A stretch of 64,000 nt of DNA from a virus: the IMG/VR virus record IMGVR_UViG_3300036766_000644, positions 48,685 to 112,684 of that record. One strand, given 5' to 3'. The translations under genes and the position numbers were made by a program. The notes below the pieces were generated by a model. That model did not search any database and was not told the DNA's origin. It saw nothing but the letters and a program-made list of their open reading frames with translations. This document shows, piece after piece, positions 27,421 to 36,329 of the stretch (the first letter of the stretch is position 1; each line of letters opens with the position of its first letter).

Positions 27421-28290
27421 GTTAGTTGGTCGCGAGATCTTGCATCGGAGAATATCCGACGCCTCTGTAGCAGAGGCCGTGTACTTCGGAGATTTTGAAG
27501 CCTAGCTTCTGCAGCAGCAGTAGGTCTGCCCGAGTACACCCAGATGTCTCATGAACTGTTCGGTTGCACGCACCACCAGGGTGCTGCCACATACGACACA
27601 GACAAAGAAGAATCGCGACAGTCACGCAGTAAAAGATCTTGCTCCGGTACCTTTCCGGCGCCTCCGTAGTGGAGGCACTACCCCCGGGTCTCCTCACAGC
27701 CTAGCTGTATCGAAGACCAGGAGGTCTTAGCGACGATCGTAGCCGCGGGTGTTGCCCGCAGCTCCTCGAGGGCCCCAGTCGCCGAGCTGCTCGAACTGAT
27801 TGAACAAAGAAGATCTTGCTGTAAACTTTCCTGCTCCGGTACCAGTCCGGCGTCTCCGTAGTGGAGACTTTTACACGGCGGTGTCTGCGCGAAGCCTAGC
27901 TTCGCTGGACACCCAGGGTCCAAGACATTACCGGATCCTCCCGCGGCGTCGAGCTCGAGTACCGTACCTCGGGTCTCCGGCGGCCGCTAGTACGATTGAA
28001 CAAAGAGGAAAGATCACGTAGTCCGTAAATTCTTGCACCGGTACCTACCCGGCGTCTCCGTAGTGGAGACATTGAGGCCGTGGGTGTATGAGAGCCTAGC
28101 TCTTGCACACCCAGGAGGTTTCTTACCGCGGCGCCAATGATGGCGTCGTCTCGAACTCCTTCGGCCCCTTGATGACCTGCAGCTCTTCGAGATGGAAAAC
28201 AAAGAAGAATTTACGCAGTACCGTAGTGGTGATTCGTTTTGTGTGCCTAGGCACCGTCAGCGTAGTGCTGACTAGATCTCTTAGCTGCCC
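27421..28290. repeat. tandem array of ~4.5 units of ~200 nt, candidate structured ncRNA genes. Units start near 27421 (truncated), 27602, 27803, 27999 and 28198.
   Basis: Each unit shares AACAAAGA(A/G)GA, AGATC, CTTGC.CCGGTACC, CCGGCG(C/T)CTCCGTAGTGGAG(G/A)C, GCCTAGC, CACCC(A/C)GG and TCGAACT. No ORF is consistent across units. Two hairpins show compensatory changes between units. Confidence 0.8.
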
Positions 28291-28295
28291 CGCGA

Positions 28296-28374
28296 GATAG
28301 TTCCCGGGGGGCGGAGGAACTATCATCCAAGGAGTCACCACGTGTGCGAGAAGTCCGGCCTGGAGAGGCCGGAC
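28296..28374 (+). promoter_or_regulatory. two perfect hairpins upstream of gene 28397 (GATAGTTCC…GGAACTATC and GTCCGGCC-tggaga-GGCCGGAC), flanked by duplicated AGGAGTCACCA(C/T)G sequences
   Basis: Inverted repeats read directly. The second AGGAGTCACC serves as the RBS of ATG 28397. Could be a terminator for the repeat array or a translational attenuator. Confidence 0.4.
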
Positions 28375-28396
28375 ACCCCGCCACTCAGGAGTCACC

Positions 28397-28582
28397 ATGA
28401 AGATCGTGTCATTCGTCGTACGTCTCCACTGCGAACACTGCGATGGGACGGGGAGGATTCCCGGAGGTCAACGCGAGTACGGGGAGATGGTGTCGTGCCT
28501 CTACTGTAAAGGGTACGGGACCGTCGCAGGGGATGTATCGTTCGAAGACTTCGCCAAGCTCATCCAAGGGATCGCCAAGTGA
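28397..28582 (+). CDS. zinc-ribbon small protein (61 aa; CEHCDG…CLYCKG)
   Basis: AGGAG lies 6 nt before the ATG. Two CxxC pairs. Confidence 0.55.
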   Translation: MKIVSFVVRLHCEHCDGTGRIPGGQREYGEMVSCLYCKGYGTVAGDVSFEDFAKLIQGIAK

Positions 28583-28800
28583 AGAAGCTGCTTCTACTGC
28601 TCGCGCTCTCGGCGTGCGACGCCATCGATAAGAAGCTGTCCGAGTCGTACGACGTCACCTGCTACTCAGCGGACACGATCATTTACCACGGGTACGCCGA
28701 AGGTCGAATCGCGCAAGACGGGCCAGTCTGGTATTTCAAGGAAGCGAAGACTGGAAAGTTCATCCGCGTCAGTGGTAACTGCCTCATCATCCGGGAGTAG
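28579..28800 (+). CDS. putative lipoprotein (73 aa) with signal peptide and lipobox LSAC
   Basis: MKKLLLLLALSAC. GTG start overlaps the previous stop (GTGA). Possible o-spanin or exclusion lipoprotein. Confidence 0.55.
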   Translation: MKKLLLLLALSACDAIDKKLSESYDVTCYSADTIIYHGYAEGRIAQDGPVWYFKEAKTGKFIRVSGNCLIIRE

Positions 28801-30414
28801 CTACGCGTAGAACTTGAGATCGTTCATCACGATCTTGTGGGCGAACCATCCGAAGAGCTGCGCGTGGAGGCAGTCGTCGGGGAGCTGGGGGCTGTGCCTC
28901 CATACCTTCTTGCCAGACGTCGTCACCTCCTCGTAGATGTTGAGGATGTCCTTGATGGCCTCGCGAGACTCTTCGCGTGGCGGGTACACGGCTGCGCCAC
29001 GCTTCAGGAACATGAGGTAGTTGTCGATGAGAGTCGTACGGTCAGCGAGATAGCGGTCCAGCCCGTTCCACTTGATGGGCTGAGCCAGAGCTCCGTACTG
29101 CACCATTGTCACCCGGTGAGCGCCCAGGCGGGCACGGAGGGTGGCGTTCGGTAGGGCGCCCTCACCAGCGTCTCCGATGACCATGGCGACGTTGTAGCTC
29201 AGGCAGATGCGGGCGATGTCTTCCACGTCCACAACGGCGTTGTTGCCAGGGTAGACGCGGTAGTAGAGCGTGCGGAGCTTCTGCGTGCTGGGGTGGAAGC
29301 CCCAGATCCACAGCACGGTGCGAGAGGTTCCGGTGGTCCCACCACCAGACCAGTCAACACCTGCAACCGTGACTGAACACCCATCCAGGTTCTTGTTCGG
29401 CGTCGGTGAGATTGCGTCGCCTGTGCATAGCGCCTCGAGCTCCTCCAGGGAGATGAGGCGACGCCCTACGGCGTCTGAGACACCGAGGACCTCGTTGCGG
29501 AATCTCGCAGACGAGAACATGTCGTGGTCGCGAAGGATGTCGTCCCAGCGTGCTTGAGCATCCGCTTGGGCGTTTGGCTTCTCCACGGTATTTTTTACGC
29601 AGGACGGGATGTTCAGGGGCATGATCAACTGCGGGATGTGGAACCCCTTCACGGAGTGCTTCCCCGTGTCTTTGTCCACCTTCTGCATGTCGATCCACTG
29701 CCCTGTACGGGGGTTCAGGACGTGGCCACAGTTGAGGCAGATGGGCCCGTGCTTCCCCAGCGACTTCTCGCTCGTGACGATGTTGTACTTGCTGCAGCCC
29801 TCACACTTCATCACCCACTCTGTCTGAGACGACTTGTCCCAGAGGTACTGGATGCTGGCCTCCATCGTCTTGGGCGTGCCCGCGTAGGTCTCGAAGCGGA
29901 ACTCGCTGTTCTTCATGCAGGAATTGATGACCGGGACAACTGAGTCGTACAACATGTCCTGAAACTCGTCGTAGCTCACCCGATCGGCGGAGAAGCCACG
30001 GGCGCGGTCTGCGTCGTCGCAGGCGTAGGTGAAGGCGTTCTCCGAGCCGTTGGTGTAGGATCGGTGCAGCACGCGGTCGGCGTGCTCAGGAGACTGGAAG
30101 TACTTTTTGATGATGGGCGAGTAGGAGAGCGTCTTCCCTACGCGAGTGTTAGAGAAGATCAGCGTTTGTTCTTTTGATGGAGATACGTAGTACTCCTTGA
30201 AGTGTGGCAGGGCCACGCTCTCAGAGATGATGAAGTTGGCCAGTGACGTAGACTTGGCCACCTGTCTCCCGCACATCAGGAGAGTGGACTTGTAGCGCCC
30301 GTTGTAGATGTTCCGGTACATCGGGTAGTCGTCGAGGCTGAACTTGGACCCATCCAGCCAGAGCAACCGCTCAGCGATGTCCGAGAGCTTCTTTGTTTTG
30401 ATCGTCTGTTCCAT
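28801..30414 (-). CDS. terL: terminase large subunit (537 aa)
   Basis: Walker A LMCGRQVAKST. Walker B VSYDEFQDM. C-terminal nuclease region VAGVDWSGGG…IGDAGEG. Confidence 0.9.
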   Translation of the reverse strand: MEQTIKTKKLSDIAERLLWLDGSKFSLDDYPMYRNIYNGRYKSTLLMCGRQVAKSTSLANFIISESVALPHFKEYYVSPSKEQTLIFSNTRVGKTLSYSPIIKKYFQSPEHADRVLHRSYTNGSENAFTYACDDADRARGFSADRVSYDEFQDMLYDSVVPVINSCMKNSEFRFETYAGTPKTMEASIQYLWDKSSQTEWVMKCEGCSKYNIVTSEKSLGKHGPICLNCGHVLNPRTGQWIDMQKVDKDTGKHSVKGFHIPQLIMPLNIPSCVKNTVEKPNAQADAQARWDDILRDHDMFSSARFRNEVLGVSDAVGRRLISLEELEALCTGDAISPTPNKNLDGCSVTVAGVDWSGGGTTGTSRTVLWIWGFHPSTQKLRTLYYRVYPGNNAVVDVEDIARICLSYNVAMVIGDAGEGALPNATLRARLGAHRVTMVQYGALAQPIKWNGLDRYLADRTTLIDNYLMFLKRGAAVYPPREESREAIKDILNIYEEVTTSGKKVWRHSPQLPDDCLHAQLFGWFAHKIVMNDLKFYA

Positions 30415-30869
30415 CAGGAGCTCAAAGATAATTGAAGGTTGTGCAGGCTTAACTCAATGGCCCTAGTGAGTAGAGCCTTTAAAATACCAGGGTCTTCGTG
30501 TGCGTGGCCAAAAGCGCGGTTACAACCACCGTGAGCTAAGCCGCGCACAACATTTGTTTTATGGCAGTGATCGACAACGGGGAGCTCAAACATAGGACGT
30601 TCACACAACCAGCACCGCCCCGCCTGAGCGATCAACATCGAGTGCCAGCGCGCCGTAGTTATCCCATAAAGACGCTTAAGATTTCTTTCCAGCGCCTTGG
30701 CGGGATCTTGAGCGTAATAAGAAGATTTGCGCCCCCGTATGCGTTCAGGGTGCCGCCTACGATACGCAGCATTGCGCCGCCTGTTGCCAGCAACATCCGC
30801 TTTCCTGCAAAGGCGGCAAGGGCCTGACGGCATGCGGTCCACAGATCCACACTTTTTGCAGGGATTCAT
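30414..30869 (-). CDS. HNH endonuclease (endonuclease VII-like) immediately upstream of terL (~152 aa)
   Basis: CKKCG…CRLC plus CWLCERP…VDHCHKTNVVRGLAHGGCN. Start taken at MNPCKKC, because the longer track ORF would overlap the divergent AAA+ gene start. Confidence 0.8.
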   Translation of the reverse strand: MNPCKKCGSVDRMPSGPCRLCRKADVAGNRRRNAAYRRRHPERIRGRKSSYYAQDPAKALERNLKRLYGITTARWHSMLIAQAGRCWLCERPMFELPVVDHCHKTNVVRGLAHGGCNRAFGHAHEDPGILKALLTRAIELSLHNLQLSLSS

Positions 30870-30894
30870 TTCACTCACCACCACAGAGGTTAGC

Positions 30895-32172
30895 ATGAGT
30901 AACGTCGGGCAGGACAAGGTAATCGCAGGTGAAGCGTACTACGACCGCTACAGCATCCCGCGGATGACTCTGCACGAAGCAATGTGGCAGATCGACCTCA
31001 GCATCGAGCAGAAGCAGACTCGAGGAGTCTGGTGCCTCATCTCGGAAGCGGGCGAGGGGAAGTCGCAAGGCATTCACCAGCTTGCCCGCAAGCACAACCT
31101 ACGGGTCGTGGACATCCGGACGTCGCAGTTCTCCATGATCGGAGCCGGTGTTCCGCAGCGAGCTGATGAGTCTGGGCACTTCAAAATCGCCATTCCATCA
31201 GACTACCCGAAAAAGGGAGAGAGGTGCATCCTCATCTTCGACGAAATCAACCAGGGGCAGCAGCACGCCATCGCGCTGTTCTTCAAGTTCCTCGAGGACC
31301 GTGGGATCTACGACTACGTCCTCCCGGATGACTGCGTCATCGTGGCGCTGATGAACCCCAGCACTGCGGGGTACAACGTCACGAAGATCGAGACCAACTC
31401 CGCGTTCAACCGCCGCCTGATGAAGGCGTACGTGTACAACACGTTCTCGGACTGGAAGAAGCACGCGGTGACGAACGACTTCCACTACACCGATGGGATG
31501 GAGAAGCCCTGCCACCCGATGGTCGTGCGCCTGCTCACGGCGTCTCCGTCGATGCTGTACACGGCGAAGGACCGCGACGGGAACAAGCAGTTCGCGTGCC
31601 CTGCGACCTGGCAGACCGTCTCGCTGTCGCTCTACAACCTCGAGGCCTCGAAGACTGACCTCACCTCAGAGCGGGCGGAGTGGCGAATCTCAGCGTCCAT
31701 CAACACGGTGAACGCGAAGACCCTCGTGGAGTTCATCAAGAACAACGAGATCATCATCTCCCCGGAGGAGGTGCTCTACAAGTACAAGGCGAAGAGCAAG
31801 CTCCGCGAGCGCACCCAGGACCTGCAGAAGGAGCCTGGCGGGGAGTACACCCGTCTCGTGGAAGAGGTCGCCCAGTTCATGTTCCGCGAGCGTCCCGACC
31901 CGGAGCTCATCGCACCGCAGCTGGTGCAGTTCTGGCACGACATGCCTGTCGAGCAGGCGCAGCCGTTCTACCAGATGCTCGACTCGGCCTGCACGGCGCA
32001 CGGGGGCATCAGCGAGCCGAGGAACCTCCAGTACATGCAGGCGCTGACCGTGGCTTGCCGCGGCTACCCTCTGTGGAAGGAGATCAACGACCGCATCAAC
32101 CGCATCCACGACGAGCAGGAGAAGAAGGTTCACGGCCGCGGTAAGGGCAGTGATCCGATGGAAGTTGCGTGA
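30895..32172 (+). CDS. MoxR-like AAA+ ATPase (~425 aa)
   Basis: Walker A GEAGEGKS. Walker B CILIFDEINQ. Sensor region ALMNPS. Start at ATG 30895. The track's 30727 start overlaps the opposite-strand HNH gene. Confidence 0.85.
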   Translation: MSNVGQDKVIAGEAYYDRYSIPRMTLHEAMWQIDLSIEQKQTRGVWCLISEAGEGKSQGIHQLARKHNLRVVDIRTSQFSMIGAGVPQRADESGHFKIAIPSDYPKKGERCILIFDEINQGQQHAIALFFKFLEDRGIYDYVLPDDCVIVALMNPSTAGYNVTKIETNSAFNRRLMKAYVYNTFSDWKKHAVTNDFHYTDGMEKPCHPMVVRLLTASPSMLYTAKDRDGNKQFACPATWQTVSLSLYNLEASKTDLTSERAEWRISASINTVNAKTLVEFIKNNEIIISPEEVLYKYKAKSKLRERTQDLQKEPGGEYTRLVEEVAQFMFRERPDPELIAPQLVQFWHDMPVEQAQPFYQMLDSACTAHGGISEPRNLQYMQALTVACRGYPLWKEINDRINRIHDEQEKKVHGRGKGSDPMEVA

Positions 32173-32373
32173 AGCTGAACGCACGGGGACGGCGTATCTA
32201 CGATATCCCCATCATGTTCACCGACGGAACTCCGGACACCGTGCTGGAGATGGAAGGTCCGAATCTCCCAAGGTGGTTGATCCACGAGAAGCGCCACTAC
32301 GTGCTCATGGCGCTGAACATCTACACCCCGACGACGGCGAAGTTGCGCGGGACTAATGCGGAGCTTCGGAAGA

Positions 32374-33105
32374 TCAGCCCAGGAGGGCAGTTATTTGACT
32401 CCTCAACTGACTGGTCTTCCCCGCCACGTGCACCCAAGAAGTAGCGAGCTTGGCCAGCTGCGCTCCCAAGGGGGAGTCCTCGAACCTGTGGTGTTCGAGC
32501 TTCTCCTTGTGGAGCGCGGCCCAGGCCTTCTCGGTTTCATCTTTTAGGGTCAGGGCTTCCTTGCTGACCTTGGCCTGGAGCTCTTCGTTGGCAAAGCCAA
32601 GACCCGACGGCGTGGTGGCGAACCCCTCATCCCAGAGGGAGACCGCCACGTAGGCCTCGATGCAGGGGTCGAACTCGGGGACGCTGTTGCCGGTGTCCGT
32701 CAGAGCGTAGATGAGCTCGGCTTCGAAGCAGGCCCAGGCCATCTGTCCTGCGTCGCACTTGGGAACGGACTCGGGGATGACCATCTCGTTGGTGAAGGCG
32801 TGCGCTGTTGCGCCGAAGACGCGGTAGTCCCAGTAGAAGCTCGGGGTCATCGCCAGCGCGATGGCGGCCATCAGCTTGTCGCGGTTGGCTAGGCAGGGGT
32901 CCAGCTCGAGCCACAGCGTCTCAGGCTCGTATGCGAGGAACGTGGGCCCCAGCAGGTAGTGCGCCGCGATGAGCACGGACGTCGCAGTTGCCTGAGGATC
33001 CTGCATCACCGTCTTGGCGTGGGCCTTCTGTGCGTTGCTCGGGGCCTTGAAGTAGGCCGCGTACGCTTCCTTGACGACGGTGCGCTGGAGGTCGGAGAGG
33101 GTCAT
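32374..33105 (-). CDS. hypothetical protein (243 aa)
   Basis: Minus ORF with protein-like composition. No competing long plus-strand ORF. Confidence 0.65.
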   Translation of the reverse strand: MTLSDLQRTVVKEAYAAYFKAPSNAQKAHAKTVMQDPQATATSVLIAAHYLLGPTFLAYEPETLWLELDPCLANRDKLMAAIALAMTPSFYWDYRVFGATAHAFTNEMVIPESVPKCDAGQMAWACFEAELIYALTDTGNSVPEFDPCIEAYVAVSLWDEGFATTPSGLGFANEELQAKVSKEALTLKDETEKAWAALHKEKLEHHRFEDSPLGAQLAKLATSWVHVAGKTSQLRSQITALLG

Positions 33106-33108
33106 TTG

Positions 33109-34098
33109 TTAGCGACAGTGGGCCTTCAGCTGAAGCTTCAGATCGAGGGGAAGCGTGTCCACAACAGTCGCCAGCTTTGACTGGTCGACGACTCCGCCGG
33201 GGGCGATTTCGTCTCCAAGCTCCTTGCCGCCCAGATCTTCCCAGAAAGACGCAGGCAGCTGAGCGAGTTTCGCGACTGAGATGAAGGTGCCGCCGAGGTC
33301 GACTGACTTGGAGGCCAGTTTTTCTGTGTTGAACATCGTGCGGAGGGGGTCGGGGAGCTTGCGGTCATAGTGGCGATCGAGGCCGCTCCGCTCGTCTAGC
33401 TCCGCGATGGCAGCAGCTACCTTGAGCAGGCCCTTCCGGTCGGAGAGCTCTTCCGGGCCCTTCCGCAGTTGGTTGGCGAGGACCTCGTAGGCGCCCTTGT
33501 AGATGTCCCCATCGGGGCGCTGACCCGCTCGAGCGTCGAGCCACTGGGCGGCGATCTTGGTGCTGGAGACCACCAGGCCTGCGAGCTGTAGAACTTCGGG
33601 ACGGAGCTCAACGCCGAGATCGTCTGCCTTCTTCACCAGGTTGGCGCAGGCGATAGCACGGTTCTCCAGGTCCAGCTTGGAGATGGCCGCGACCAGGTCG
33701 TCCTGGGCGCGCTTGCACTGGGCAGCCGTCTTCACCATGAAGAGACGGTGCTCCGGGATGAGGAAGTCGTTCTCGTCGGAGGCGACCTTCACCTCTTGCT
33801 CCGCGAAGGTGGACTCGGGTACGTCGTAGGCCTCGAGGGCTTGGACGAGGTTCGCGGTGACTTCCTTGGGAAGCGCGCTGGCGACCTTGCTGTAGGCGTA
33901 GCTGAGGGCTGCGTGCTCAGGAGTGTGGATCGGGTACTTGCGCTCAGCGGGCCACGCGAAGGCGGTGTCGGGGAGGGACGCTACGTCATCCTGCTCCACT
34001 TCGGCCTGCTTCACGAAAGCCTCGAGGGCGGGCATCCTGGATACCTGGCGCGCCAGGGTACCAAAAGCAGGGTCGCTGAATTGATCGACAATCGACAT
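33109..34098 (-). CDS. hypothetical protein (~329 aa)
   Basis: GAGGTGG lies 4 nt before ATG at 34096-34098 (minus). The track extends it to 34152. Confidence 0.65.
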   Translation of the reverse strand: MSIVDQFSDPAFGTLARQVSRMPALEAFVKQAEVEQDDVASLPDTAFAWPAERKYPIHTPEHAALSYAYSKVASALPKEVTANLVQALEAYDVPESTFAEQEVKVASDENDFLIPEHRLFMVKTAAQCKRAQDDLVAAISKLDLENRAIACANLVKKADDLGVELRPEVLQLAGLVVSSTKIAAQWLDARAGQRPDGDIYKGAYEVLANQLRKGPEELSDRKGLLKVAAAIAELDERSGLDRHYDRKLPDPLRTMFNTEKLASKSVDLGGTFISVAKLAQLPASFWEDLGGKELGDEIAPGGVVDQSKLATVVDTLPLDLKLQLKAHCR

Positions 34099-34145
34099 TT
34101 TTCCACCTCGAAAGAGGGTTAACCCAAGAAGTATAGGAGGCTTGA

Positions 34146-35771
34146 ATGGCAACTACCACTACCACAGGCGACGAGAACGAACTGCAGAAGTCGCTGGTTT
34201 ACCTCGTGAGTCGCAGAGGTGCCTCGAATTACTGGTGCACCGTCGTGAACGGGATGGACAAGCGTTTCACCAATGGCGACGGGACTCTGTCGGTCCAGCT
34301 GGCGCCGAACTTCAGGTACCTGCTCACCGTCCACCTGCCCTTCTTCGAGAAGTGCTCCCCGACGATGAAGCGGCTCGCGTTGGTGCACGAGGCAGCGCAT
34401 GTCTGCCTGAACCACATCCCCCGGCTGTTCAAGATGGTGGCGAACTGCACGGATCCCTTCGTACGCAAGGCCATCCTGGCGACGTTCAACTTCGCCGCGG
34501 ACTTCGCAGCGAATGACGCCATCGTACGACTCGAGCCGGGATTCGAGGAGACGCACCGCAAGATGGGCACGGCGACCGGCGAGTTCCCGTTCCTGCTGCC
34601 CGAGGAGTTCGGGTTCCCGAAGGGGCTCTCGATGGAGGAGTACTTCACGCTGATGCTGAAGGACCTCCCCAAGATCAAGCAACAGATCCAGCGCATGCTC
34701 CAGGATTTGATGGAGCAGATGGAAGGCGGGGATACGCCCGGAGAAGGAGACGGCGAGGGTGAAGGTGACGGTGAAGGTGGAGGCTCCGGGGGTGGAGACG
34801 TTCTGCGTTCTCCGTTCGGGCGTGGGCGCGGCTCTGGCCTGCCGAACAACATCCCGGGGTTGCCTGAGTCTCTGATCGAGCACGCCATCAACGAGCCTGA
34901 GACCTTCGACATGCTGCAGAAGGCCTTCGACAAGATGACGGGTAAGGGCCACCGCCAGTGGAACGAGAAGGCGGAGCAGATGACCCCCGAGGAGGCAGTC
35001 TCAGCGGGCAACAAGATGAAGAAGCACGCCCAGGCGCTGGCGCGTTCAGCGAATGAGCGCATCAACCGTGACCGCGGCTTCATGGCGGGGTCGGTTCAGA
35101 GGATCATCGACGCACTGCTCGAGCCGGAGCAGATTCCCTGGGACTCGTTCCTGCGGGACATCATCCAGGGCGCCATCTCGGCCCGGGTGCAGGAGGAGAT
35201 GGGCGCGCCAAACCTGGCGCTCATCAACGAGGACTACATGGAGCCCTGGCCCGGCCAGATGCTGGAGTTCGGGTTCAACATCACCTGGATGACGGACACC
35301 TCGGGATCGATGGGGGACGCGGAGTACGTACGTGCCTGTGCGTGCATCAACTCGCTGCTCGCTCAGAACAAGGCGGTGTTCGTGACGTACTGCGAGTGCG
35401 ACGCCGCGATGCAGAAGGAGGTCCGCGTCACCAACGTGGAGCCGCCTTCTGATGAGTACGTGAAGGAGCTCCTGAACCGCCGTGGGCACGGAGGCACCGT
35501 CTACACGCCGTTCTTTAAGCGTGTCGCCGGGGCTGACGTTCCCTCGGATTGGGTGGCCGGTGCGCCCAAGCTCGATGAGAAGCACCCGAAGCCGGACCTC
35601 ATGGTCGTCTGTACCGATGGTGGTGTGGGGCTGATGGGTGAGTGCTTCCCGCAGTTCCGCCCTGACTGCCCCATCATCTGGCTGGTGATGCCGGGGTGTT
35701 CACCCTGCGAGGGGATGGACAATGTGTCACCGAATCGCGTGATCGAGATGTTCTCAATGAAGGAGGAATAA
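34146..35771 (+). CDS. vWA-domain protein with N-terminal HExxH metallopeptidase-like (DUF2201-like) domain (541 aa)
   Basis: HEAAHVCLNH in the N-terminal domain. MIDAS motif DTSGSMGD followed by …VVCTDGG. Typical partner of MoxR-type ATPases. Confidence 0.85.
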   Translation: MATTTTTGDENELQKSLVYLVSRRGASNYWCTVVNGMDKRFTNGDGTLSVQLAPNFRYLLTVHLPFFEKCSPTMKRLALVHEAAHVCLNHIPRLFKMVANCTDPFVRKAILATFNFAADFAANDAIVRLEPGFEETHRKMGTATGEFPFLLPEEFGFPKGLSMEEYFTLMLKDLPKIKQQIQRMLQDLMEQMEGGDTPGEGDGEGEGDGEGGGSGGGDVLRSPFGRGRGSGLPNNIPGLPESLIEHAINEPETFDMLQKAFDKMTGKGHRQWNEKAEQMTPEEAVSAGNKMKKHAQALARSANERINRDRGFMAGSVQRIIDALLEPEQIPWDSFLRDIIQGAISARVQEEMGAPNLALINEDYMEPWPGQMLEFGFNITWMTDTSGSMGDAEYVRACACINSLLAQNKAVFVTYCECDAAMQKEVRVTNVEPPSDEYVKELLNRRGHGGTVYTPFFKRVAGADVPSDWVAGAPKLDEKHPKPDLMVVCTDGGVGLMGECFPQFRPDCPIIWLVMPGCSPCEGMDNVSPNRVIEMFSMKEE

Positions 35772-36046
35772 TGCCGACACCAACAAAAAAAGAAGACATC
35801 ACCATCAAGCACTACAACACGGACCTCGCGGGGAATACCAAGTACTCCGAGGAGACGAAGAAGAACCGCTGCGTGTACCGCCGCAAGGACGGGACGGAGT
35901 ACGTGCACGACGGCGAGCTGATGCGGGCGGATGACGGATCAGGGTACGTCGAGAAGCGCTCCAAGCAGGTGCAGGCGCTGAACATCATGGACATCATCAA
36001 GAAGGTCAAGGAGACGGGCGGACAGATCGTCATTCTGCCTCCGTAA
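35772..36046 (+). CDS. hypothetical basic protein (91 aa)
   Basis: GGAGG upstream. TAATG junction with the vWA gene. Confidence 0.5.
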
Positions 36047-36056
36047 GAAAGCCCCC

Positions 36057-36329
36057 ATGAACGTCACGATGAAGCGAATGATCCGCGACATCGTGCAACT
36101 ACGAAGGAAGGCCGGGCTCACACAACAACAGGTCGCTGACCTGGCGAATGAGCCTTGCCGTACCTTCATCGCGCACCTCGAACAAGGGAGGCGGGAACGC
36201 CTCAACCTCGAGAAGCTGTACGCAACGTTGCACGTGCTGTTCACCATCACCAAGAAGAAGAAGAGGTCTCATGGATCTGTACTGTCTCCGCGTAAAACGC
36301 GAAGCCGCTGGAAAACTCTTTCCCTTTGA
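36057..36329 (+). CDS. XRE-type HTH transcriptional regulator (90 aa), paralog of the N-terminal domain of gene 60436
   Basis: LRRKAGLTQQQVADLANEPCRTFIAHLEQGRRE looks like an HTH. About 55% identical to LRKATGVTQQEVSAMAGEPCRTFLAHFEQGRK in gene 60436. Confidence 0.7.
   Translation: MNVTMKRMIRDIVQLRRKAGLTQQQVADLANEPCRTFIAHLEQGRRERLNLEKLYATLHVLFTITKKKKRSHGSVLSPRKTRSRWKTLSL

Noticed and set aside
27421-28290. CRISPR array or tRNA cluster in the non-coding repeat region
   Set aside because: Period is ~200 nt with long conserved blocks rather than 25-40 nt repeats separated by unique spacers. No unit folds into a tRNA cloverleaf, and there are no GTTCGAATC-type T-loops or CCA ends.
30870-30917. 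Longer N-terminal extension of the terminase-associated HNH (start at 30917)
   Set aside because: It would run across the start codon region of the divergent AAA+ gene. The internal ATG 30867-30869 has a GGTGAG RBS-like sequence and begins directly at the CKKCG finger.
34119-35083. Minus-strand ORFs 34119..34952 and 34229..35083, antisense to the vWA gene. Likewise 38332..39195 antisense to the 423-aa gene, 46912..47751 antisense to the coiled-coil gene, and 58190..58744 antisense to nrdJ.
   Set aside because: The sense-strand genes carry recognisable domains or coupling signals. The antisense frames are compositionally artefactual.
36148-36270. Longer start (36148) for the 210-aa gene as listed in the ORF track
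   Set aside because: It would overlap most of the HTH regulator gene. ATG 36271 gives a sensible N-terminus (MDLYCLRV…). The extended N-terminus (…SRTSNKGGGNASTSRSCTQRCTCCSP…) looks like out-of-frame read-through of the HTH gene.
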